Assembly (NCBI RefSeq): GCF_004102945.1
Contig: NZ_CP019384.1
Coordinates: 1,560,001-1,592,000, forward strand
Reading direction: 5' to 3'
Length of the DNA: 32,000 nt
From: Candidatus Velamenicoccus archaeovorus
GTDB lineage: Bacteria; Omnitrophota; Gorgyraeia; Velamenicoccales; Velamenicoccaceae
Shown here: one piece after another, positions 25,201 to 32,000 of the stretch
How the letters are laid out: each line of letters starts with the position of its first letter
How positions within the stretch are numbered: the first letter of the stretch is position 1
Program-made: the position numbers and the translations under genes
Notes under the pieces: model-generated
What the model saw: the letters and a program-made list of their open reading frames with translations, nothing else
Databases searched by the model: none
Told to the model about the DNA's origin: nothing

Positions 25201-25343
25201 ATGACGGAAATCGACGGCGGCTCAATCTCCGGCATAGAATCTATTCCTAAGCGGGTCAGGCTGTATAATGCCAAAATAATAATCGCCGAAAAAATCATTA
25301 TATTCGTAACCGGCCTTTTTACGCCAAATTCCGGTAAGTTCAT
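22197..25343 (-). CDS. RND multidrug efflux permease (AcrB/HAE1-like)
   Basis: 1048 aa with 12-TM RND architecture. The N-terminus is FGVKRPVTNIMIFSAIIILALYSLTRLGIDSMPEIEPPSISVISTYEGASPEDVE. AGGAGG RBS. Confidence 0.95.
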   Translation of the reverse strand: MNLPEFGVKRPVTNIMIFSAIIILALYSLTRLGIDSMPEIEPPSISVISTYEGASPEDVEIKVSEPLENQLATTPGIEKITSRSLEGLSVVTLKFVWGTNLDEASNDIRDRIERAKRFLPDIPDEMDTPFIFKFNTAMFPILMVGITAEQSYPELFDMIDKRVGDPLRQIPGVGTVQLNGGLERQINIWIDRHKLEGYGFSILDVQDVLAKENVTQPAGSIKSGFTDYLLRVPGEFATPDEINSVILGKRNGNLVYLKDVARVEDSFKEVTNIVRINRHQGLLMMIQKQTGTNTVEVANRVKKKMDELQKTLPKDVKMYPVMDSSHDIINSLNSLKSTVWVGGILVILVVWFFLRQFLPSLVIALTIPFSLLIAFIYLFLSGKTINTISLSSLTIAIGMVVDNAIVVVDNIHRHLERGQRLQEASIFGTSEMFLAIAASTLTTVVVFLPLIFITGVVGIMFGELAIIVIVTLLASLFTAVTFTPMLASKWMGVNNGQAKAKFKWFSKFYQISEHWFKSWEEFYRKCLAWCLGHKKIVIFGFLGAFIFSLFLTRFVGNEFIPEQDSGDLRTTVNLPIGTRLEETDKVATKIEDIFKEEAPEEKFMYVRSGLTTGVGAVFGGQSGTHITSGGAKLVPKTERKRSVKEIAQVIRNRIRQIPGVLKTDITTGSPIGRIITGTAGKQVQVEIIGHSFEDTNTVAQKIKEIMEKIPGAIDISISRELNRPELRIEVYREKAAALGLNMRTIADSIKTFVEGATATKYREKGETYDIYVRLEEQFRAKPEDVENLSIVSPFTGKQIKLSTVARVYETAGPIEIERKNRERVLRVECNTYKRSMGKVIEDIKKSLKKITIPSDIVINFGGEAEEQGKAFKDLILLLLLGIALVYMVMAAQFESLLDPFIIMFAIPFTFTGVILGFILTGTTLSVITFLGMVMLMGIVVNNAIVLVSYINILRARGLSMLDAVTIGGKERLRPVLMTTITTVAGLLPLALSTGEGSEVWQPLGITMLGGLSLSTLVTMFFVPTLYAVFEAKIRKERLPAGRQGGKKK

Positions 25344-25418
25344 CGAATTCCTCCTATATACAACTGCGAGTAGCCCATTTCTTCAAAAATTTAAAGACTT
25401 ATCATTAAAACGGCCATT

Positions 25419-26198
25419 TTATTTATCCGGATGCTGCTGTTTAAAGGGAATTACGGGCTTTGTCCAAGGTGTCTGCTGATTTATCACTGAAATTTCCAAA
25501 GGACAAACATTCGCCGGTACGCTTAAAGCAAACTTTAATGCGTTTTCTATTGCTTCCGTCGTCATCAAACGCGAGGTATCCGCGGTTATATCTTTTAACT
25601 TCCCGGTTAACTCCGTATCGGTTACCCCGGGCAAAATCGAAGTGACCTTTATGCCATGGTCGCGTAACTCCCAAAATAAAGCTTTTGAAAAAGCGCGCAA
25701 GCCTACTTTTAATGAGCTATAAACGATGAAATTTCTCGGGAGAGGATCATTTAGGGTCGAGCCGGAAACCATATTGATAATCGCTCCGGACTTATTTTCT
25801 ATCATATCGTTGATCACTAAACGTATCAGGCGCACATAGCCGAGATAATTTGTATGCGCTAATTTCTCGAGATCTTCCAAAGGCTGGTTCTGGAAAGGAT
25901 ACTGGCTGGAAACTCCCGCGTTATTGATTAATATATCAATGCGGCCGAATTTCTCTTTGGTTTTATCAACTAGGTTTTCTAAGTCCTCTAATTTTGTGAC
26001 ATCGCATACCACCGGCAGGACGGCAACTTTGTATTTCTCGGCAATTTCCTCGGCGGTTTCCTTTAAAGGACCTTCTCCCCGCGCAGCAATCGCCAAATTA
26101 ATCCCTAAGCTTGCAGCGGCCGCTGCCAACGCCTTGCCAATGCCCCTGCTGGCTCCGGTAACCACCGCGACTCTCCCATTCAGATATGCCTGGTTCAT
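25419..26198 (-). CDS. Short-chain dehydrogenase/reductase (SDR)
   Basis: Has TGASRGIGKA (TGxxxGxG), NNAG and YSSLK (YxxxK). Its ATG overlaps the adaptor stop (ATGA). Confidence 0.92.
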   Translation of the reverse strand: MNQAYLNGRVAVVTGASRGIGKALAAAAASLGINLAIAARGEGPLKETAEEIAEKYKVAVLPVVCDVTKLEDLENLVDKTKEKFGRIDILINNAGVSSQYPFQNQPLEDLEKLAHTNYLGYVRLIRLVINDMIENKSGAIINMVSGSTLNDPLPRNFIVYSSLKVGLRAFSKALFWELRDHGIKVTSILPGVTDTELTGKLKDITADTSRLMTTEAIENALKFALSVPANVCPLEISVINQQTPWTKPVIPFKQQHPDK

Positions 26199-27136
26199 CT
26201 TTGCCCCTCTCTTTTGGATTCTTCTTTTTGGCCGCTTTTTTCTCCTTCAATGCTGACAGGAGCAAGATCGTACAATTGCTGCTGTCCCATTACCACGACC
26301 TGATCCCCTTGCTTTAGCCCATCGATTACCTCGTAATCAGCGCCCTGGCGTATCCCTAATTTGATATTCCTCTGATGCGCCGCATCGCCGTTAACGGCAT
26401 AAACGTAAAGACCGGGCTCTTTGCCCATAATCGCCTCTTTCACAATCACCGGCACATTTTTACGCTCCTCAATCACTAATTTTACATTTGCAAACATACC
26501 TGATTTTAATGCGTGCTCCGGATTGGGAATAATTATCTCTATGGGGGCGGTGCGCGTCTCTAAATCCAGCACCGGGCTTATCCGCGAAACCTTACCCGTA
26601 AAATTTTCTTTAGGATAGGCCTGCACAAAAACCTGCGCGGTCTGGCCGACGGAGATTTTCGGCAGGTATTGCTCCGGGATATCCAGGTCTATTTTTACGT
26701 TATCCATTCGCACTGCTAAAACAACCGGGGTCTGGGGCGTTACCTGTGTCCCGATATCCACGTAAACCCTGCCGATAATCCCGCTCATCGGGCTTTCTAC
26801 CGGCGCCTTCTCAAATTTAAATCCCACCTCATCGCGGTCAATGTAAGCGATAACATCCCCTTTAGCCACAGAATCGCCTTCATTCTTAAGCTTCTCGATT
26901 ATCTTTCCGCCTACCTTGGGATAAACGACTGCCTCATCCTCCGCCTTGATATCTCCCACATAATCCAGGGTATTTTGTATATCCTTGAGCTCAACCCGCA
27001 TAACTTTGACGGGGATAGCCTCTTTTTGCTCTTTTGCTTTTTCTTTGGAAGACGGGCCGCATCCGGCGACAGCAAAAGAAAATACCAATCCAAAGACTAA
27101 ATATAAAGGTAAGCGCAAATTATTTTTGTTTGCCAT
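26195..27136 (-). CDS. RND periplasmic adaptor lipoprotein (MFP/HlyD family)
   Basis: Lipobox FAVAGC and a barrel-sandwich hybrid region (GDVIAYIDRDE...). GAGGAG RBS. Confidence 0.9.
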   Translation of the reverse strand: MANKNNLRLPLYLVFGLVFSFAVAGCGPSSKEKAKEQKEAIPVKVMRVELKDIQNTLDYVGDIKAEDEAVVYPKVGGKIIEKLKNEGDSVAKGDVIAYIDRDEVGFKFEKAPVESPMSGIIGRVYVDIGTQVTPQTPVVLAVRMDNVKIDLDIPEQYLPKISVGQTAQVFVQAYPKENFTGKVSRISPVLDLETRTAPIEIIIPNPEHALKSGMFANVKLVIEERKNVPVIVKEAIMGKEPGLYVYAVNGDAAHQRNIKLGIRQGADYEVIDGLKQGDQVVVMGQQQLYDLAPVSIEGEKSGQKEESKREGQR

Positions 27137-27140
27137 TTCT

Positions 27141-28694
27141 TCACTCCTCTAATTTTATATCATTCTTAACTAAAGTTAAGCCTTGAGATTTATCCAGATT
27201 AATGAGAGCTATGTTGTATTCAATCAACGCGTTAACATAGTCAAGTTCGGACTGCGCTAATTTATCCTGATAATCCAGCATATCATGTGTAGAAACCTGT
27301 CCTGCAGCATAACGCTCCTTCTGCGCCTCGTAATTTTCAGTTTCTTTTTGTTTAGAGAGCTTAGCCACATCTACGTGCTGCTCGCGCGCTTTGACTAATC
27401 TGACCTTATCCCTGACTTCCAGGATAATATTCTGCTCTAATCTTTTAAATGACAGCAGGGCTTGGGCTTTTTCTAATTTTTTCTGGTCATATTTTGCCCG
27501 GTCGCCGCTGCCCCAGGGAACGCTGAACTTGACTCCTACGCTCCAATCGGTATAGTCGGAATTAACTTTTTCAAGGGCATTCTGATAATCCTCTCCTAAT
27601 CCATTCAGGCCAAAACTGCCCGTCAGGTCAACCGTAGGAAGCGCGGCATTCTTGGCAGCGGCAATCTTTATATCCCGGTTTTTTAAATCTATCTTCGCCG
27701 AGTAATAATCCGGCCTGTATTGAAAAGCGTCCTGGAGGCTTCGTAATAAATCCACTTCTTCAACCTTAAATTCCGGCTGGTCTATCAATTCAACCTTAGC
27801 ATTCCAAACCTCGGGGTCATCAACTAAATTAGTAATAAGCTTAAGGTCGTCTTCTGCTTTTTTCATCAATGTCTCAGCCGCAATTACTGCTTTCTCTCTC
27901 TGGGCCGCGGCAGCTTCTGTTTCCAGCAAATCAACCGAACTAATCAGCCCTTTCTGATACCGGGCCTTGTTAATCTCCAGTAAATTTTGGGCGCGTTCCA
28001 AAGATAACCTCGCAATGGCATAAGCCTCAAGATAGTAAATATAATTATAGTAAGCGGTCTTTGACTTGCTGATGGTATCCATAACCGTATCTTTAAAAGA
28101 TGCGTCGGATTGCAGCCTATTATTCTGGGCTACTGTAATATCCGCTTTATTAACCAAGATGCCGAATCCTTTAAAAAGCGGCTGGGTAATGGTGATCTTA
28201 GGCTCTGCTGTATAATAAGGGTTGTAAACCTGATATACAGAATCGCTTTTATATCTCTGGTTAAGAAACTCCATCTTATATTCTGTGCCGGTTACAAGCT
28301 TGCCTGAAACATCCGCGTTAAGCCTCGTGTCCTGGGAATTATAAACACCTGCTCCCTGCAAAACATTAGATGAAACTTCATTCTTATCGTGTATTGTATA
28401 TTCGGCATTAAAAGTCGGCTCAAAATCCGCCTCGGCTATTCTTACGTCATCCTGTTTTAGCTTCGGCTCAATGCGCTTGATAAGTATTTCTGAATTATTC
28501 TTTAAAGCGTAAGCAATGCAATCTACCAGGCCGATCCTCAAAACTCTATTCTGCGCTCCTGCGGCCATAAAAAGGGCTTTTTCTACTTCCCTTGCTTTTT
28601 CCTCATCAGCGGCTTTTTTATCTAAGGCATTTGCCTCAAGAGCAGGCGCAAAAATAAGAATGTTTATAAGCAAGAGATTTAAGAGTTTCTTCAT
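27141..28694 (-). CDS. TolC-family outer membrane efflux protein
   Basis: 517 aa with a signal peptide and two TolC repeats. Its ATG overlaps the tetR stop (ATGA). Confidence 0.9.
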   Translation of the reverse strand: MKKLLNLLLINILIFAPALEANALDKKAADEEKAREVEKALFMAAGAQNRVLRIGLVDCIAYALKNNSEILIKRIEPKLKQDDVRIAEADFEPTFNAEYTIHDKNEVSSNVLQGAGVYNSQDTRLNADVSGKLVTGTEYKMEFLNQRYKSDSVYQVYNPYYTAEPKITITQPLFKGFGILVNKADITVAQNNRLQSDASFKDTVMDTISKSKTAYYNYIYYLEAYAIARLSLERAQNLLEINKARYQKGLISSVDLLETEAAAAQREKAVIAAETLMKKAEDDLKLITNLVDDPEVWNAKVELIDQPEFKVEEVDLLRSLQDAFQYRPDYYSAKIDLKNRDIKIAAAKNAALPTVDLTGSFGLNGLGEDYQNALEKVNSDYTDWSVGVKFSVPWGSGDRAKYDQKKLEKAQALLSFKRLEQNIILEVRDKVRLVKAREQHVDVAKLSKQKETENYEAQKERYAAGQVSTHDMLDYQDKLAQSELDYVNALIEYNIALINLDKSQGLTLVKNDIKLEE

Positions 28695-29314
28695 TGTTTC
28701 TGCTCCACTCCGTTAAAGAAAATATCCAGGATAAAATCTGTCATATCGGTTATTTTTTCTTTCTTGCAAGCTCCTTTAAGCCAGGGGAAGATAACCGCAT
28801 TTAACATCGAAGCCAACACATAAGCTAATCTTTTTGCCTCTAAGTCTTGCCTAATCAGGTGCTTTCCTTGGGCATCCTTGAGCAGTTCAGTAATGTAATC
28901 GAGGTATTTCACAAATTTATCCACTGTGTTCTTTGAAATCTTATCTTTTATCGCCCAACGCAAGCCCCCTCTTTCTGAAAAATAGATTCTGAAGAAATCC
29001 TGGTTCTCCTCAAAATACGTTAATTGCTGACGGACCAAGACCTTGATTTTTTCTTTCGCATCTTCTGTATTATTTACTTCTTTTTTTACTCCGGATATTA
29101 AATCCCCTATCTTTCTTTCTATCAGCTCCAGATACAAAACTTCCTTGTCCTTAAAGTACAGGTAAATTGTCCCTACGGCATACTGGGCTTCTTTCGCAAT
29201 GTCTTGAATTGTCGCCTGATGATACCCCTTTATGGCAAAAATACGCTCTGCCGCTTTGAGGATATCGCTTTTGCGCAATAACTTATCTCTTTCTTTTCTG
29301 TTAAATGCTGCCAT
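28691..29314 (-). CDS. TetR/AcrR family transcriptional repressor
   Basis: The N-terminal HTH reads ILKAAERIFAIKGYHQATIQDIAKEAQYAVGTIYLYFKDKE. It is the first gene of the efflux operon. Confidence 0.9.
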   Translation of the reverse strand: MAAFNRKERDKLLRKSDILKAAERIFAIKGYHQATIQDIAKEAQYAVGTIYLYFKDKEVLYLELIERKIGDLISGVKKEVNNTEDAKEKIKVLVRQQLTYFEENQDFFRIYFSERGGLRWAIKDKISKNTVDKFVKYLDYITELLKDAQGKHLIRQDLEAKRLAYVLASMLNAVIFPWLKGACKKEKITDMTDFILDIFFNGVEQKQ

Positions 29315-29349
29315 TTTGGCCTTTTACCTCTTTAGAGGTATTGCTCAAT

Positions 29350-29369
29350 TAATGAATTATTATTCATTA
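29350..29369. promoter_or_regulatory. Palindromic operator TAATGAAT-TATT-ATTCATTA (likely the TetR site)
   Basis: Perfect 8-bp arms, immediately downstream of the -10 on the minus strand. Confidence 0.55.
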
Positions 29370-29373
29370 TAAA

Positions 29374-29402
29374 AATATATCATTCAATTTCTATTTTGTC
29401 AA
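29374..29402 (-). promoter_or_regulatory. Sigma70 promoter of the tetR-efflux operon
   Basis: On the minus strand: TTGACA, a 17-nt spacer, then TATATT. Confidence 0.6.
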
Positions 29403-29473
29403 GCGTTTTTGGGCGTAATAAGAAATCGTTTATTGGGATAGCTGGTTTTTTAAGTAAGGCGGGGGGAGGTGTT

Positions 29474-31042
29474 CTAATCTATAAGAGCCACTTCATCGGT
29501 GCTCTTAACGGTCCTGCTATGCGGCAGGAATAAAATAAAGAGCGTAACAAATGCGAACATCAACATAAAAATCCAAGATAAGTCATTGTAAGAAAGCATC
29601 GTCGACTGACGGTTTATAAGATGGTCAATAAATGAAAAAGTACCGAGCCGGTCGCTGACAGGCCCATAGCCGTTTTTATGCAAATACCCGGTAAACATAT
29701 GATAAATATCCAGGAAACGCCCGTGCGAGGCGGAAATATTCTCAACCAGATGAGAACGGTGAAATTGCATCCTGCGCTGCAATATGGTAACGGTTACGGC
29801 GTAACCGACATTGCCCCCGATGCGCTGCATGAGAGTATACAGGCTTGTCGCATTCGTCATATCTTTGTTTGGTATGGTAATCAGGGATACGGTGGAAAGC
29901 GGGACAAACACAAAAGCCATCCCCGCTCCCATCAAAAGCAATATGGGAACCAGGCTCTCGAAGGCGATATTAAGCGAAAGATGCCCCAGCAATGCGTAAG
30001 ACCAACAACTAACGCCTATGCCTAAAATAATCATTTTTTTTGCATCTATATGGTTATAAAGCCTTCCTGCAAGAGGCATAAATATAAATAAGGTAAGGGC
30101 CCTGGGCAGAAGCGTCAGGCCGGATTGATACGCCGAATACCCCAATAAACTCTGCGTCAACTGCGGCAAAATAAAAGTCGTCCCGTAAAGCGCGATTCCG
30201 TATATCCCTACTACGGTAAACCCGATCGCAAACGGAACATTGCGCAATATGCGCAAATTAACAACCGGCTCATCAGTCCACAATTCCCAAAAGATCAAAG
30301 CGAGCAACGCAACTACGGATACGATTGACCAGGTTATGATAAATGTGGAATCAAACCAGTTTTTTTCCTGGCCTCTCTCCAAAACTATTTGCAAGGCCGT
30401 AAGGCCGACCATAAGAAATGATATACCGAACCAATCGACTTTCTTTATGCCGCGTTTTAGATATTCAGGATCATGCACATAATGATAAACCATCCATATT
30501 CCTACCAAGCTGATAGGAATGTTGATATAGAAAATCCATGGCCAGCCATAGTGGTCAATCAGCCAACCGCCCACGATCGGCCCTAACGCGGGCGCCAACA
30601 CGATGCCCATCCCGAAAATAGCCATGGCCATACCATGCTGTTTTCTGGGAAAAGTCTCGCGTAAAATTGCCTGGGAAATCGGTATTAGAGCTCCACCCCC
30701 TATCCCCTGGATAATCCTATAGATAAGCATTTGGGGGAATGTCTTGGCTGTCCCGCATAAAACCGACCCTATGGTAAACAAAATGAAAGAAAATAAATAA
30801 AGGTTTTTCCTGCCCATCAATGCGCTCAGCCAGCCGGTCATGGTAATGACTATAATAGCGGCAATAGTGTAGATGGTAGCTATCCAGGTAATTGCGGATA
30901 AGGTTTCGGCAAAGTTCCCCATCATATAGGGAAGAGCGACATTGACTATACTCGTATCCATAACAGACAGGAATGCCCCAAGCATTACCGCTGTCGTAAC
31001 CATCCATTTATTACTGCCATGGGCAGGGCTTTCAGCAACCAT
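29474..31042 (-). CDS. emrB: DHA2-family (14-TMS) MFS multidrug efflux permease, EmrB-like
   Basis: Collinear with my memory of E. coli EmrB (F..V.D.SI.NVA.P......; RIIQGIGGGALIPISQA; WPWIFYINIPI). The ATG at 31042 has GGAG upstream. Confidence 0.9.
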   Translation of the reverse strand: MVAESPAHGSNKWMVTTAVMLGAFLSVMDTSIVNVALPYMMGNFAETLSAITWIATIYTIAAIIVITMTGWLSALMGRKNLYLFSFILFTIGSVLCGTAKTFPQMLIYRIIQGIGGGALIPISQAILRETFPRKQHGMAMAIFGMGIVLAPALGPIVGGWLIDHYGWPWIFYINIPISLVGIWMVYHYVHDPEYLKRGIKKVDWFGISFLMVGLTALQIVLERGQEKNWFDSTFIITWSIVSVVALLALIFWELWTDEPVVNLRILRNVPFAIGFTVVGIYGIALYGTTFILPQLTQSLLGYSAYQSGLTLLPRALTLFIFMPLAGRLYNHIDAKKMIILGIGVSCWSYALLGHLSLNIAFESLVPILLLMGAGMAFVFVPLSTVSLITIPNKDMTNATSLYTLMQRIGGNVGYAVTVTILQRRMQFHRSHLVENISASHGRFLDIYHMFTGYLHKNGYGPVSDRLGTFSFIDHLINRQSTMLSYNDLSWIFMLMFAFVTLFILFLPHSRTVKSTDEVALID

Positions 31043-31055
31043 CAATTCTCCTGGT

Positions 31056-31946
31056 TTACTTTATCTTGATAGCAGGTATTACCGACATCCCTAATGCAAG
31101 CGGATGCTTCGGATCAGGTTCTTCATCAAATACTATTTTAACCGGCACCCTTTGTACAATCTTTATGTAGTTACCCGATGCGTTTTCAGGCGGCAAAAGG
31201 CTGAAACGCGCGCCTGTGCCTCTTTGAATACTATCTACATGCCCTTTGAAGACTTTTCCGGGATAAGCGTCTATGGTTATCGTTACCGGCTGGCCAGGCA
31301 ATATATTCTTAAGATCTGTTTCCTTAAGATTAGCCACAACCCAGCGCTCAGGAGTTACGATAGTTAACAGCATCTGGCCAATCTGCACAAATGCGCCCTC
31401 CTCCACTGACTTTTCAGTCACTCTGCCTGCGGATGGCGCATAAATCTTGGTATAGGAAAGCTCAAGCTTTGCTTGTTCTAGAGCGGCTTTTGACTGATCT
31501 GCCTCTGCGTTAGCCACCCTCGCCCTGACAAGAACATGCTCCATGTTCTGTTTAGATATCTCATCGTTTAAAATAAGCTTCTTATAGCGGCTGACGTCTT
31601 CCTCGGCCTGGGCTGCCTTTGCCTGGGCTGCTTCTAAATTTGCCTCTGCCATCTTTAAGCGCGTCTCATAATCACGCGGATCTATCTCGGCTAAAAGCTC
31701 TCCCTCTTTTACTTCCTGATTATCATCGATATAGACTTTTAAGATATGCCCGGAAACCTTAGGGCTGATCGAAATGGCATGTCCTTCGATAAAAGCGTCG
31801 TCTGTGGAGGTATGCGACAAGGCGTAAAAATAATAATAAAGGCCAAAGGAACATCCTAAAATCAGCAAAACAATTGCCGGGATGATGAATCTTTTCTTAT
31901 GCAGCAATTTGATTTTTTTGACCGGAACATTTAACTTATCGCTCAT
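31056..31946 (-). CDS. emrA: HlyD-family membrane fusion protein, EmrA-like
   Basis: N-terminal TM anchor, TDDAFIEGH...ISPKVSG, a coiled-coil and the QRVPVKI motif. AAGGA RBS. Confidence 0.9.
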   Translation of the reverse strand: MSDKLNVPVKKIKLLHKKRFIIPAIVLLILGCSFGLYYYFYALSHTSTDDAFIEGHAISISPKVSGHILKVYIDDNQEVKEGELLAEIDPRDYETRLKMAEANLEAAQAKAAQAEEDVSRYKKLILNDEISKQNMEHVLVRARVANAEADQSKAALEQAKLELSYTKIYAPSAGRVTEKSVEEGAFVQIGQMLLTIVTPERWVVANLKETDLKNILPGQPVTITIDAYPGKVFKGHVDSIQRGTGARFSLLPPENASGNYIKIVQRVPVKIVFDEEPDPKHPLALGMSVIPAIKIK

Positions 31947-32000
31947 CTTATTTTCCTTTCTTGGAAAGAGTAAATGTTTCTATGTTGCCTAAAGCGGAGT

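Overview
This is a 32-kb bacterial window with Shine-Dalgarno-type ribosome binding sites (RBS). I saw no rRNA, tRNA, transposase, integrase, RT or cas genes. Only the first ~2.2 kb is plus-strand: the gcvPB 3' end, an LplA/LipM-type lipoate ligase and lipA. Every credible gene after that is on the minus strand.

The content is dominated by metal(loid) and xenobiotic export:
- a DUF134-acr3-arsC arsenic operon;
- a cusC-cusB-cusA Cu/Ag RND system, with the CusA Met triad conserved;
- a tetR-tolC-adaptor-SDR-RND-(P-II-like) operon;
- an emrA-emrB-like MFS pair.

Between these sit two B12-binding radical SAM enzymes, a DUF2889 protein, MarR, an iron-sulfur flavoprotein, a stand-alone HD-GYP, a nitroreductase, an AbrB-like protein, a frameshifted acyl carrier protein (ACP) gene, and several tiny ORFs.

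The items I consider most worth a second look are:
1. A Sec-exported peptide with 16 Cys in 51 mature residues, paired with a membrane-anchored Cys/His-rich protein, beside the ars operon.
2. A ~40-nt conserved element fused to bidirectional terminators, whose two full copies bracket the cus cassette as direct repeats.
3. A 386-bp ORF-free stretch of eight GC-rich hairpins, some with CRISPR-repeat-like layout and SD-like GGAGG content on the transcribed strand.
4. A ~200-nt strongly structured segment enclosed by two terminators.
5. A MarR-DUF2889-B12-rSAM-small-membrane-protein module of unknown function.

All protein calls rest on my reading of translated motifs, not on database searches. 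I see no canonical defence, CRISPR-Cas or mobile-element system here.
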